From IMG/VR virus record IMGVR_UViG_3300033153_003349, positions 1 to 56,985 of that record: DNA of 56,985 nucleotides. One strand, written 5' to 3'. The stretch's first letter is position 1; the number at the start of each line of letters is the position of its first letter. This document shows, in pieces, positions 37,337 to 47,861 of this stretch. This stretch comes from a virus. Taxonomy: Duplodnaviria > Caudoviricetes. Below the pieces are notes generated by a model, which made no database searches, was not told the origin of the DNA, and worked only from the letters and a program-made list of their open reading frames with translations. The position numbers and the translations under genes are program-made.

Positions 37337-38868
37337 TATCTTTTGCCTTGCCTTGCTCTTACTACTTCACTGACAGGATTATTTCTATCCTCTACTGGGA
37401 GTGTTCCTTGGTCTAACTCCATTTTCTTTAAATCAGCTTCCATTTGCTTTTCTTCTTTTTCAAGTTCTTTGGCTCTTTCTTCTCTTTCCTTTTCAATCTT
37501 TTTCATTATATCAGGAGTAACACCTAAAAACTCAGTAAGAAAAACATTGGGAGGAAGAATATCTTCAGAGCCTTCTGCTCTTGAATAATTAGCGAGTGAC
37601 TCTGTTTGTATTCTGACTAAATTTGCTTTGTCTTTCGCACTAGGTAAATATATATCAGGCCATTCGACTACATATGCTACATCAGGAACAATTTCATATT
37701 CTTGTAAATGATTAACAAATGCTTTTAATATCCATGGGTCTGCAAAATCTTCTCGTCTTTCATCAACAGCACTTCTCCAATTTTTATCATCTTGTTCTGA
37801 AGAAGCCTCTCCTCCTCCGCTACCCGTCAATAACCTTATTGGCATCTTTGTTGTTCCTGCTACTATACTTAATAATACTTGATAATGGTCTGCTGGAGAA
37901 GATAACTGAGGAGTTATACTATCAACACTAATTCCTTGTAACTTTAAATACCGTCTGAGTCCGTGCATAAACTCATCAATTTCTACACCCATTTGAGCAC
38001 GCTTTTCATCAGTTAATTCTGCATCTGCATCAGCATTAAAAGCTAAACCAAAGAAAGCTCCTTGCCAATACATCTCCGCAGAACCTCCAACTACTTTCTG
38101 TATATCAAGAAAACGATTAAATATTGCTTGCAAAGCAGGGATACCAAATATATCATCTTCAAGTAATCCTTCTGCTACATGGAGAACTCTTGAAGCATGA
38201 ACTAATGCTTTTGCTGGAAGATTTGATTTTCTAGGAATACCCCCAGGTATGGCTGCTATATCTGTGGTACTAAAAGTTATCTCATAAATTTCAGGCTTGC
38301 CGTAGTTGTCACTTCGTTTATCTGTATTATACGCTTTAATCTCTGCATGGTTCTGACCTCTTGGAAGTAAGTATAGTAACTTAGCTTTTTTAGTAAGAGG
38401 TTTTTTCAAAGAACCTGTATCTTCAGTTACATCATTAAAGCCCATATATAATGCAGCATACTCACCTATACGACTTAATTTATCAACTCTATTAAAGTAA
38501 GAATAAATTTTTTGTTCCTCAACTAGAGTTGTCCATGCCTCATTAAATTTATTACTTTCTTCAAATTTCTTTTCTTTTTCATACACAAGAGGTTTATCTC
38601 TCCAAGTAGCATCTGGGTAAGCATCTATAACTCTTGAAGCTAAATCCCCTCTTTTATAAAGGTCATAAAAATATTCATAAATTAACCTAGTAGGGTACCC
38701 AAGTGATTCATAATAATTTCGTTTACCATCAAACCCCATAAGACCTGAATCCATCATAGCTCTTAAATCCATACGAGGAATTAATGTAGATTCATTAGCT
38801 GCCATAGCCTTCATAGTTAATGAATCTTTTACATCTCTTGGGTTTATTACTCTTGTTTTCATTACCAA
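37336..38868 (-). CDS. Portal protein (DUF1073-like)
   Basis: YKRGDLASRVIDAYPDATWR, YGKPEIY, VHASRVLH, GGSAEMYW, PIRLLTG; follows the terminase. Confidence 0.87.
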   Translation of the reverse strand: MVMKTRVINPRDVKDSLTMKAMAANESTLIPRMDLRAMMDSGLMGFDGKRNYYESLGYPTRLIYEYFYDLYKRGDLASRVIDAYPDATWRDKPLVYEKEKKFEESNKFNEAWTTLVEEQKIYSYFNRVDKLSRIGEYAALYMGFNDVTEDTGSLKKPLTKKAKLLYLLPRGQNHAEIKAYNTDKRSDNYGKPEIYEITFSTTDIAAIPGGIPRKSNLPAKALVHASRVLHVAEGLLEDDIFGIPALQAIFNRFLDIQKVVGGSAEMYWQGAFFGLAFNADADAELTDEKRAQMGVEIDEFMHGLRRYLKLQGISVDSITPQLSSPADHYQVLLSIVAGTTKMPIRLLTGSGGGEASSEQDDKNWRSAVDERREDFADPWILKAFVNHLQEYEIVPDVAYVVEWPDIYLPSAKDKANLVRIQTESLANYSRAEGSEDILPPNVFLTEFLGVTPDIMKKIEKEREERAKELEKEEKQMEADLKKMELDQGTLPVEDRNNPVSEVVRARQGKR

Positions 38869-40358
38869 GTACCTGCTTTCTTAGTTTTGAATAATCCGTT
38901 AAAAGCACCTATAAAAGCAACAACTATATCATCATGGACAGTTTCTGGAAAGTCCTCAATCTCTTTTAAGAATTGATAGTTCCATTTGCCTTCAATAATT
39001 TTTATGTTATTTGCTTTAGCTTGGGCTGCCACAGGTCTAACCATCGCCTCAGTCTTTGTTATCTTTGGCTTTGCTTTTGCGTTATACCCTAATAATTTTC
39101 TGATTAAATGTTGCACTTCGGTTTTCCCACTAGCTGCTGGTTCTTGCTCTAAATGAATATGGGTTCTTTGTGTATCTTGTTTGGCTGTATTTAAAATCCT
39201 GGTTTCAACTATTCCTGGGTTCTCCCTAAAACGTACCATGTCATGTACGTACAAAAACCCATCATAATCTATACTCATCTTAATGCCTACTGTCCAGTCA
39301 GGGTCAGGATTCTTTTCACTCTTTGCTGTGGCTGCTCTATCCCAAAACCTTACTGTCTTTTTCATCCTTGCAGGAAGCGCAGGAAGGATTTCAAACATAT
39401 CCTTTTTAAAATACATACCCGCACTTGGTCTGACATTCCAGTTACCTTTGCGTAACCGCATGAAGTCAATATAACCTAAAGAATTAAGATTAGCAACATA
39501 AGATGGGTCTTTTTCGATTAACTTTTTATTGTCTTCCAGACGAGCATGAATGAATGTTATTGTCTTTACGTTCTGGTCGATAGCTTCTTGGAATGTAACT
39601 TCGTAGCTCTTAGAGTATAGTTCTAAATAATCATTCCATATATCTAATAGCTCATCCATTGTGTTATACTGATTCCATTCGCCTTTATCTACAATCATAA
39701 AACGAACAATCCCACAACGTTCTTTGATTACATACCCATCTGTTTCTTTATTATCGGGAGTATCATATATCCACCAGTCAATTAGCTCTCTTACAAACGA
39801 ATCAGGGTCAGGATTACAAGTAGCCCGTACCAACCCACGGACACCAGACATAGACCTGTTTCTTGAAAGTAAATAAGTAAACTGGGTTTTAGTAAAATGT
39901 GTTAATTCATCAAATCCGATGTAAGCATAAGCCCCGCCCTGGTGGTCAAGTTTATTCTTCTCATGCTCTAAATGTGAAAAGGTTATTTTTGCTATAACCT
40001 TTTCTTGTTTTTCATCTGTATGAAATCTCCACTGCAAATCCGAAACTCGCATCTCAGCATTATCAAAATTAGAATACATTTCAATAGCACCGTCCCACAA
40101 ACCTCCTGGAGTCTTAATCTGCTTAGAAGTACGTCTAAATATGATAGCATCAAAACTAGGAATACCTACATAAGCTAAAGGAATAAACTCAAGACCCCAA
40201 GATTTACCTCCTCCTGCCTCACCTCCATATATAACTATGTCGGCAAGAGAAGCCACGAACTCTGTCTGTGGACCTTCCTGGGGTTCTATTATCTCAACAT
40301 CTTCCCCATAGTCCTGGACGTCAGTTTCATATTGTATTACTTGGGCAGCGACACTCAT
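38862..40358 (-). CDS. Terminase large subunit
   Basis: PQEGPQ, YGGEAGGGKS, FDELTHF, RATCNPD, FWDRAAT, DPDWTVG, EQEPAASGK, HDDIV. Confidence 0.95.
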   Translation of the reverse strand: MSVAAQVIQYETDVQDYGEDVEIIEPQEGPQTEFVASLADIVIYGGEAGGGKSWGLEFIPLAYVGIPSFDAIIFRRTSKQIKTPGGLWDGAIEMYSNFDNAEMRVSDLQWRFHTDEKQEKVIAKITFSHLEHEKNKLDHQGGAYAYIGFDELTHFTKTQFTYLLSRNRSMSGVRGLVRATCNPDPDSFVRELIDWWIYDTPDNKETDGYVIKERCGIVRFMIVDKGEWNQYNTMDELLDIWNDYLELYSKSYEVTFQEAIDQNVKTITFIHARLEDNKKLIEKDPSYVANLNSLGYIDFMRLRKGNWNVRPSAGMYFKKDMFEILPALPARMKKTVRFWDRAATAKSEKNPDPDWTVGIKMSIDYDGFLYVHDMVRFRENPGIVETRILNTAKQDTQRTHIHLEQEPAASGKTEVQHLIRKLLGYNAKAKPKITKTEAMVRPVAAQAKANNIKIIEGKWNYQFLKEIEDFPETVHDDIVVAFIGAFNGLFKTKKAGTW

Positions 40359-41009
40359 TTAGACTTTATTCCTTTTTCTTTTATGTCCTGATTCTTCCCG
40401 TTCTACAAAATCATCAAGTTCTTTTGGTTCTTTTGTTATTTTCTTTGCTCCGAAGTATTTGTCAAGACCTTTAACAACGGCATCAACAAATCCTTGTTTA
40501 TATTTATCGGATAAAAGTAAATCACGATCTAAAGGATTAGACAAAAACCCCATCTCTATCAAAATGGAAGGCATCTTTGTATCACTCAAAACAGTAAAAT
40601 TAGCTTCACGGATTTTACTCCATTTACTTTCTCGGTCTGCTTCTGTTTTATAAACTTCATAAATTTTGGGGAAAATTGCTTCCGCTAACTTCTTTCCTTT
40701 TTCAGAACCGAAGTAATGGAATATATGACAACCGTGAGGACGCTCTGTAACGTATGAATCGCAATGTAACGATATAAAGATGTCCGTATCGTATCCATTT
40801 GCAACAGAAGCTCTATCACCTAGCTGCAAAGTACGGTCATGTAGTCGGGTAGTTCTCGCTATATACCCTTTTTCTCTTAAACCGACATCAAGAGCCTTTA
40901 AATAGTCTAAGGTGATATCTTTTTCTTTTGCTCCTCGGTGAACAGTTCCTGGGTCATCTCCCCCATGTCCTGCGTCAATAGTAATGCTGCTGTCTTTTCT
41001 GTCTGTCAT
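40359..41009 (-). CDS. N-acetylmuramoyl-L-alanine amidase (Amidase_3) endolysin
   Basis: IDAGHGGDDPG, EK, R...AN, FISLHCD, VL..TKMPSILIEMGFLSN. Confidence 0.95.
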   Translation of the reverse strand: MTDRKDSSITIDAGHGGDDPGTVHRGAKEKDITLDYLKALDVGLREKGYIARTTRLHDRTLQLGDRASVANGYDTDIFISLHCDSYVTERPHGCHIFHYFGSEKGKKLAEAIFPKIYEVYKTEADRESKWSKIREANFTVLSDTKMPSILIEMGFLSNPLDRDLLLSDKYKQGFVDAVVKGLDKYFGAKKITKEPKELDDFVEREESGHKRKRNKV

Positions 41010-41012
41010 GAT

Positions 41013-41366
41013 TTATGCCTCCGAATTGTTTGTTTTACGCCTTGCTCGTTTATCACTTGTTCTTGTGTACAAAAGCCAGAAAGAAAGAATTAACTGAGCT
41101 ATCATAATAACAATTATGTTCCTCCCCATTCCTGACATATCCTGTCTAAACTCTGTATTAAGTCTCACAGCCGTAACTAACCCATCTTTGTCTCCTATAC
41201 CAGTAAACATAACTAAATCAAATTTATCATTTAATTTATCAAGTTTAGCATTCAAGGCTTTATGTGATAAATCATTTCTCTCTATAAACTTGTCCATATG
41301 AACAGGCTTATTTGTCTGTCCTGATAAAATTCCTGCAAATAATATTACTGCTAATATCCACTTCAT
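41013..41366 (-). CDS. Membrane protein (N-terminal signal/TM, coiled coil, C-terminal TM); lysis-associated
   Basis: Hydrophobic ends, basic tail; immediately upstream of the endolysin. Confidence 0.6.
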   Translation of the reverse strand: MKWILAVILFAGILSGQTNKPVHMDKFIERNDLSHKALNAKLDKLNDKFDLVMFTGIGDKDGLVTAVRLNTEFRQDMSGMGRNIIVIMIAQLILSFWLLYTRTSDKRARRKTNNSEA

Positions 41367-41368
41367 AA

Positions 41369-41938
41369 TTACCCCTTCCTTGATGGGAGAAATTTAAAAA
41401 TCCCTACCCCAATAATAATAAGAACCACTAACCCGATTAAACCATTAAGGAGACTTTCCCAAACAGTTTCTTGATTCTCTTTGTATATTCTATTCTCTGC
41501 CTCAAGTTCTTTTATATATCTTTTATCCTCAGCAGAGCTGACTTCTACAGAACCATCAATAATCGTAGATGTATCTTTCAAAAAGGTAGTTAATGGGTCC
41601 ATCCTTAAAAATTGTGAAAATTTACCTCTGGAATAATAATTATGAGAAACAACACCGACAACGCCATAAGGAATATCAATAGTATGTCTCATCACACTTT
41701 CCCATGTTAATCCTGTTCCTACTTCTTTTTTAGTAGTATCACTGACAAAAAAAGTATCTTGTGGTAAATATTTAATTTCTATGGTATGCACCGTGTCCAC
41801 TGGTGTACTACGAATCCTGTCCAATTCTAATTCAGCGTGCTGGAGGTCTTTCTCTAACTGTACGTATTCCACAGTAGATATACAAGAACGACCACAACCC
41901 CCAAGCAGCAATAAAAGAAATACCCAATACCACCTCAT
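41369..41938 (-). CDS. Lipoprotein with a C-terminal TM helix (unimolecular spanin-like topology)
   Basis: MRWYWVFLLLLLGG|C lipobox; C-terminal LLNGLIGLVVLIIIGVGIF followed by a basic tail; in the lysis cassette. Confidence 0.62.
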   Translation of the reverse strand: MRWYWVFLLLLLGGCGRSCISTVEYVQLEKDLQHAELELDRIRSTPVDTVHTIEIKYLPQDTFFVSDTTKKEVGTGLTWESVMRHTIDIPYGVVGVVSHNYYSRGKFSQFLRMDPLTTFLKDTSTIIDGSVEVSSAEDKRYIKELEAENRIYKENQETVWESLLNGLIGLVVLIIIGVGIFKFLPSRKG

Positions 41939-42282
41939 CTTAATCCTCCAATCTTATCCAATACAGCCCCTATAAATTTGTTCACCAAATCTTTCCCTCC
42001 AAATTTATATATAGCTTCTGAAACTGAATAGATAATAATAAATTGTAAAATCCAATCCTGATAACCTTCTATAGTTTTAAATGATGCCTCATTAAATTCT
42101 ACAAACAACCCAGATATGCCTATTCCAGAAAGTAAAGAAATCATACGCATAGTAAATATATACCATGGCCTTCTCGTTTTTCCTTTTCTGTTTGTAGTAA
42201 TAACTCCCATAAAAGAAGATAAAATCAATCCTGCAATTAAACTTTCATAAATTGGGTATGCTTCCCATAATCTTTCAAACAT
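41935..42282 (-). CDS. Holin-like membrane protein (about 3 TM)
   Basis: Three hydrophobic segments, 115 aa, in the lysis cassette. Confidence 0.55.
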   Translation of the reverse strand: MFERLWEAYPIYESLIAGLILSSFMGVITTNRKGKTRRPWYIFTMRMISLLSGIGISGLFVEFNEASFKTIEGYQDWILQFIIIYSVSEAIYKFGGKDLVNKFIGAVLDKIGGLR

Positions 42283-42664
42283 TTTTAATTTTCCTTTCTA
42301 TCCACTTGTATATTCTGATTATAGCTTCATAAACTCTAACAAATATACTATGTTTTAGGTACCATTTAAAGGATTTAATTTCTTCTTGCCAAAATAACGA
42401 ATGAATCACATCAAATCCTATCAAGTGCATAATTAGATAATGCCATATAAAATCCCAATCATTTGTCTCGTAACCATACAAGCATAGGACACTCATACCA
42501 GCTATCCATTTAATTATCTTTGCTTGAATTCTTAAATTCTTTATCCAATCATAATCTGCTAAAGGAGCCATCATTCTTGAATATCGAGAATCATGAAAAG
42601 CTAATCCGATAATAAAAACAGCAGCTACATAATATCTATATATAATCAAGTATTCCATCAACAA
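42275..42664 (-). CDS. Membrane protein (129 aa)
   Basis: Several hydrophobic/aromatic segments; overlaps both neighbours. Confidence 0.6.
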   Translation of the reverse strand: MLMEYLIIYRYYVAAVFIIGLAFHDSRYSRMMAPLADYDWIKNLRIQAKIIKWIAGMSVLCLYGYETNDWDFIWHYLIMHLIGFDVIHSLFWQEEIKSFKWYLKHSIFVRVYEAIIRIYKWIERKIKNV

Positions 42665-45600
42665 ATCCCTTCATCTTCTATAGTAATCACTTCCGCTGTA
42701 TCTTCCACAACAATTATCTCTGGGACAAAAATCTTTACTTCCATACAAATAGAATTAAAATTTCCTAAGATAAGGAACGTTCCATTCAATGTACCTACAC
42801 CCTCCAACAATCCTGATAACTGTCCTATAGATTTAGCATCACTAGTTAGTGTTCCTGCCCCTGAAAAACTTGAAGACAAACCACCAACACCTACCAGCCC
42901 AGCAAGTAATTCTCCTGCACCAACTAAATCGGATGATAAAACCCCAACAGATTTTAAATCACCAGTAAGAGTACCCACCCCTGCTAATACAGTTGATAAA
43001 ATGCCTTCAACAGAACTATCTGATAATGTCCCAGTAAGATTACCTATCCCTTCCATAAGCACTGATAACAATCCAGTAGATTTTACATTACCAGTCAGTG
43101 TTCCCACACCTGCCATAATAACAGCTAAACCACCAGACCCATCGACAAGTATCCCAGTCAATCCTCCTACACCATCAAGACTTGATATTAATATCCCTAT
43201 ACTTTTTAAATCACCAGTAAATGTTCCTACACCATCAATAGTAATAGACAATTCACCTACACCATCTAAACTACCTGTTAACTCACCTATTCCATTTATA
43301 GTAGCTAATAATCTACCTATACCTTTCAAATCTCCTGTGTAAGTTCCAACTCCATTAGCAGTAAGAGACAATACTCCAACAGATTTAGCATCACCTGTCA
43401 GTGTTCCGATTCCTGCCATTATTGTTGATAGAGCATCTTCAGCATCATTATATAAAGTACCTGTTAAATCACCAAGACCTATTAAAGTAGATAACAATTC
43501 ACCTAATCCTTTAAGGTCTCCAGTGTAAGCTCCTACACCATCTGTACTCATAGATAATGCACCCACACTTTTAACATCACCAATCAATGCCCCTATACCA
43601 TTAGCAGTAAGAGACAATACGCCTACTGATTTAGCATCGCCAGTTAATCCTCCAATACCAGCCATTACAGTAGATAAAGCATCTATGAAAATATATTCAT
43701 AAGCACCTATATCCCAATTATCTCCCTGTGGTCTAGATACCCCATCAATATCATCATCAAATAAACCAGATAAATCTACTCCATTATTAACTGGAGGACT
43801 CTCAGCATCATTTGGTTTATGACTAGAATTTAAGTCGGGGTCAATTTCATAACCATTAGCACCTGGAGTAGGAGCATTAGCAACGTCTGCATCAAACCAA
43901 ATATTATAATCTACATTCTCAGTCCATGCACCAGTTACATTCAACATCGGAGCATCAGTTGTAGTGCATACTACTATATTATTCTTAAAATTAAGAGTGC
44001 ATCCAGACAAACTTGTATCAAATACCGTTACGTTGCCTTGTATCTGACTACCCGCAAGAATTGTATTATTATAAATATTTATAGTTGTATTTGCCTGACA
44101 AGTTTTAAATTTGATTAATGCTTTAACATAATCGTGACCATTAATTACATTATTATATACACTCCAAGTTCCAGACGCATCTTCTAAAAATACGCCTTGT
44201 GAATCAACTGGGTCGGTATTATCTAAATCAAAATAATTATATCTTATAATGCCATTACCACCAGCAGTTCCTTGATTTCTTTGAAAAGCATCGTTATGAC
44301 CAGAACCACTATTTAATATTCTAATGGTGGAATACTCTAAGATAATATTAGTATTCGCCTGAACTTGCATACCATCAGTTTGATTACTACTATTGGTAAC
44401 TGTTGTAAAATCGTAATATCTGATTGTGATATTGGTATTATCAAATATTCTCATTCCAATAGTCTCAGAGTCGTGGTATTTGATATGGTCAATAGTTACA
44501 TTGTCGGTATGTTCACATCGTACTGCATAGGTGGTAGGGTCTGTAACAGTCATACGAGACACTGTGACATAATCTGGTCCGGGATCAAGATCAATACCAT
44601 AATCCCTTGTACCTTCACCATCAATGATCACTTCTCCATCGTGGTCTTGGTCTATTCCTTTTTTAATTGTAATTAGGTTCCCTGCTGTACCACTGGCTGT
44701 TGGGGTCAGAGTTTCTAAGTAAGTTTTTGAAGTACTACCTCCTGAAATATAGACTGTATCGGCAGGAGATACAGAACCCCAATTTATATCAGCGAAAGAT
44801 TCCCATGCGTTAATCCATGAGGTTCCAGCGTTTGTTCCTGTTGCACCATTATCTACATACCAATTTGTTCCTGCGCTTTCAAAAACACCAGTTAAAGAAC
44901 CAACACCATCAGTAAGTAAAGACAACACACCAACAGATTTAGCATCACCAGTTAATGAACCAATCCCAGCCATAGTAGTTGATAAGTTTCCTGCTACTCC
45001 TGTTCCTAAAGTTCCTGATAATCCCCCTGTTCCTGCCATTGTAGTTGATAATATGCCTACGGATTTAGCATCACCAGTTAAGGAACCAACCCCTGCCATA
45101 GTTGTAGAGAGAGCATCATCACCACCTAAATCCTCAATAGAACCAAAAGTAATAAACCCAGCCGTATTAAAAAAGTTGTCGTGGTTTGCAGAAACCCAAT
45201 CCGCATTTCTATCTATACTATGAATTCTAAATTCAGCAATTTCTATATCGGAACAATTACTGGAACTGCTTTGTCCTGTGGCTAAATACCATACATCATT
45301 TGATATACTATTAGCATCTGTGTTTGTGCCGTCTGCAACACCATCCATATAATATTTTAATTCGTCTGTTCCAGTACCTTCTCTAACAGCAACCGCATGA
45401 TGATAATTTATTGAATCAGGCCAGAGAGAATCTGCTGGTCTATCATCACCACTATATACACCCCAATAAGTATTAGCATCATCTAACTTGAGGTTAAAAC
45501 TTGGTGAGTATTGTCCATTCCCAAAAATACCTTCCCAAGTATTACCATTATCAGATATACGTTTTACCAATGCTTCAAAAGTATAATTTCCCGTTCCAAT

Positions 45601-47370
45601 CCCATGAGCAACTGTTGATGCTGACCTTTGAATATCGTTCCCATCAAAATAAGAATACCTGCCTATTGGTCCACCAATTTGATTATTTTGTGCATCACCC
45701 AAAGTAACTGTTGTGAAGTTAATTCCATTAGAAGTTCTATCATTCCAATCTCTAAAAGCTATTACTGTCTCATGGTATTGGTCGTAAGCATTATATTGAC
45801 CATAGGTTGAATCTACCGCTGGTTTTGTAGCTCCGACTTTCCCCCACCACATATATATAATCGTATCAACAGTTGAAGAAACTGCTGGTATTTTAACAGC
45901 TATTTCAAGAATACCATTAGCAGGAGTATTATCAGGAACACACGCCCGTATATCAACAGGAATTTCAGTTGTTCCTGCTGAATCAGATGTAAACCTAATA
46001 TCATTACCACCACTAATCATAGACCTTGTACCATCGGCATCCAATGGTCCATTTACTTGTGTTAATACGGAATCATAATCTTCATCAAATACTAAGGTCC
46101 AATTAGACAGATTAGAACCTATATCATCACTCTCAATAGTTATAGGAATCTTAAATAACCAACCAGTAGGAAAAGAAGCCCCATCACCCAAAGTGCCTGT
46201 TAAAGAACCAACTCCTGCCATTGTGGTTGATAAAACTCCAACAGACTTTACATCACCTGTTAAAGAACCAATTCCTGCCATTGTGGTTGATAAGGCATCA
46301 TCACCGTCTAAATCCTCAATTGTACTAAAAGTTAAAAACCCAGCTATATTAAAAAAGGATTTGTAGTTAGCATTTTGCCAAGAAGCACTTCGGTCTGTTA
46401 GATGAATCCTTGCCTCTGAAATGCTAACATCTCCACCATATTTCCCAGTCGTATTCCTGCCTGACCCTAAGTGCATTTGAAGGTCATCTCTTACGGTATT
46501 GCTATTACTATCAGTACCATCAGCAGACCCATCATGATAAAATAAAATTTCATCATCCCCTGTACCTATTCTTGTTGCAAATTGATGATGATAATTTGCA
46601 TCAAAAGGCCAATACCAACCCGACTGCAAATTGGATGTATTAATATTTATACCAGAGGACTGAGAGTTTATCTCCTGAAACACACCTATTCCACCGTATG
46701 ACTGCCCCATCCAGCCCTGATATGTTTCCCCTGTATCTGTATCTCCTAAAAGAACACCCTCAACTGAAAAATTGCCCGTTCCTATACTTTGAAACGAAAA
46801 ATCCTCTGTTGTTCTTTGAACATCACTCACTGTAAATACACTTTGACGACCAAGTGGTCCACCAGTTTGTGCTATTAATGGTGTCCCATAATAATCATCA
46901 TCAAAATCAACACCATAACTTGTTCTATCAACCCAAGTACGCATATCCATAACCATAATATGGTCAGCATCATACGCATTGTATTGACCATAGGTAGCAT
47001 CAACAGCAGGTTTTGTAGCCCCTGCCTTACCCCACCAAAAGTATATAACTGTATCTACTGTACTGGAAACAAAAGGAACTTTGGCTGCTATCTCAAGTTC
47101 CCCATTAGCTGGTGTGTTATCTATCACTGCTGTTCGTATATCAACAGGAATTTCGGTATTGCCATCCGTATCGGTACTCATACGAATATCATTACCGCCA
47201 TTAATCATGGAACGGGTTCCATCGGCATCCAATGGACCATCGACCTGTGTAAATACAGAATTAAATGCTTGGTCAAATACTAATGTCCAATCAGTTAAAT
47301 CGGCAGATACATCAGTACTTTCAATAGTTATAGAAAGTCTATGCTTATACCCATCAGCAAGGAGGCCCAA
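42658..47370 (-). CDS. Large virion appendage protein: two DUF2341-like + LamG modules, a right-handed beta-helix, ~21 20-aa spacer repeats
   Basis: Two homologous modules (GGNDIR..D..G.TEIPVDIR...K.P.VSSTVDT.IY.WWG); TNWYVDNGATGTNAGTSW...RPQGDNWDIGAYEY beta-helix; LSTTMAG.GSLTGD.KSVG repeats. Confidence 0.8.
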   Translation of the reverse strand: MGLLADGYKHRLSITIESTDVSADLTDWTLVFDQAFNSVFTQVDGPLDADGTRSMINGGNDIRMSTDTDGNTEIPVDIRTAVIDNTPANGELEIAAKVPFVSSTVDTVIYFWWGKAGATKPAVDATYGQYNAYDADHIMVMDMRTWVDRTSYGVDFDDDYYGTPLIAQTGGPLGRQSVFTVSDVQRTTEDFSFQSIGTGNFSVEGVLLGDTDTGETYQGWMGQSYGGIGVFQEINSQSSGININTSNLQSGWYWPFDANYHHQFATRIGTGDDEILFYHDGSADGTDSNSNTVRDDLQMHLGSGRNTTGKYGGDVSISEARIHLTDRSASWQNANYKSFFNIAGFLTFSTIEDLDGDDALSTTMAGIGSLTGDVKSVGVLSTTMAGVGSLTGTLGDGASFPTGWLFKIPITIESDDIGSNLSNWTLVFDEDYDSVLTQVNGPLDADGTRSMISGGNDIRFTSDSAGTTEIPVDIRACVPDNTPANGILEIAVKIPAVSSTVDTIIYMWWGKVGATKPAVDSTYGQYNAYDQYHETVIAFRDWNDRTSNGINFTTVTLGDAQNNQIGGPIGRYSYFDGNDIQRSASTVAHGIGTGNYTFEALVKRISDNGNTWEGIFGNGQYSPSFNLKLDDANTYWGVYSGDDRPADSLWPDSINYHHAVAVREGTGTDELKYYMDGVADGTNTDANSISNDVWYLATGQSSSSNCSDIEIAEFRIHSIDRNADWVSANHDNFFNTAGFITFGSIEDLGGDDALSTTMAGVGSLTGDAKSVGILSTTMAGTGGLSGTLGTGVAGNLSTTMAGIGSLTGDAKSVGVLSLLTDGVGSLTGVFESAGTNWYVDNGATGTNAGTSWINAWESFADINWGSVSPADTVYISGGSTSKTYLETLTPTASGTAGNLITIKKGIDQDHDGEVIIDGEGTRDYGIDLDPGPDYVTVSRMTVTDPTTYAVRCEHTDNVTIDHIKYHDSETIGMRIFDNTNITIRYYDFTTVTNSSNQTDGMQVQANTNIILEYSTIRILNSGSGHNDAFQRNQGTAGGNGIIRYNYFDLDNTDPVDSQGVFLEDASGTWSVYNNVINGHDYVKALIKFKTCQANTTINIYNNTILAGSQIQGNVTVFDTSLSGCTLNFKNNIVVCTTTDAPMLNVTGAWTENVDYNIWFDADVANAPTPGANGYEIDPDLNSSHKPNDAESPPVNNGVDLSGLFDDDIDGVSRPQGDNWDIGAYEYIFIDALSTVMAGIGGLTGDAKSVGVLSLTANGIGALIGDVKSVGALSMSTDGVGAYTGDLKGLGELLSTLIGLGDLTGTLYNDAEDALSTIMAGIGTLTGDAKSVGVLSLTANGVGTYTGDLKGIGRLLATINGIGELTGSLDGVGELSITIDGVGTFTGDLKSIGILISSLDGVGGLTGILVDGSGGLAVIMAGVGTLTGNVKSTGLLSVLMEGIGNLTGTLSDSSVEGILSTVLAGVGTLTGDLKSVGVLSSDLVGAGELLAGLVGVGGLSSSFSGAGTLTSDAKSIGQLSGLLEGVGTLNGTFLILGNFNSICMEVKIFVPEIIVVEDTAEVITIEDEGIC
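42770..46300 (-). repeat. ~60-nt (20-aa) degenerate repeats in three blocks: ~15 copies at 42770-43680, 4 at 44880-45120, 2 at 46185-46300
   Basis: Consensus LSTTMAG(I/V)G(S/T)LTGD(A/V/L)KSVG(V/I) read from the translation; block limits approximate. Confidence 0.85.
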
Positions 47371-47374
47371 TTAT

Positions 47375-47858
47375 TTATCCACCCATTTGCATAATAATAT
47401 CTGATGTCTCATCCAACTGTCTTGTGGTAAGAACCTTCGTGGTAGGATTTTGCTCAAATGTAAAACCCACAATGACATCTTTCCCTGTATCTGGTTCATT
47501 AGGAATATAAGTTCTTACAACCCCAGACAGTGTTTTATAATCAGCAGCTACAATGGAAAACCCCTGATTCGGGAACATAGAAATTAATTCTTCCCTAACT
47601 TCAGTTAAAAAGATATTCTGGTCTGTCTTTAATGTTGAAACAGGGATATTATCTTTATAAAATGATTCTTCTGTTCCCGTAGGGTCAGTGACATAGAAAT
47701 ATACATTCCTATGAACAGCCGTATCATTCGCTACATCCAAGATATTCTGAGCATACACCTCAGTACCATTAGGAAGTGGAGATTGATCCATAGCAACAGG
47801 TGGACCTACTAAACTATGGTTTGCTTGCTAAATCCACAAGCAGTTCTGATTTAGTCAT
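47375..47858 (-). pseudogene. Hypothetical virion-region gene apparently interrupted by a +1 frameshift near codon 14 (in-frame remainder 47375-47791)
   Basis: The ATG at 47858 has a GGAGG RBS and reads MTKSELLVDLASKP*; the +1 frame continues HSLVGPPVAMDQSP... The annotated ATG at 47791 has no good RBS. Confidence 0.5.
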
Positions 47859-47861
47859 TTT

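Noticed and set aside
37336-38868. Anti-CBASS Acb1 label sometimes attached to DUF1073 proteins
   Set aside because: Position after the terminase and the motif set indicate a portal; no 2H-phosphoesterase HxT pair is evident.
42770-46300. CRISPR-like array
   Set aside because: The repeats are degenerate at third codon positions, contiguous and protein-coding; no unique spacers, no cas genes.
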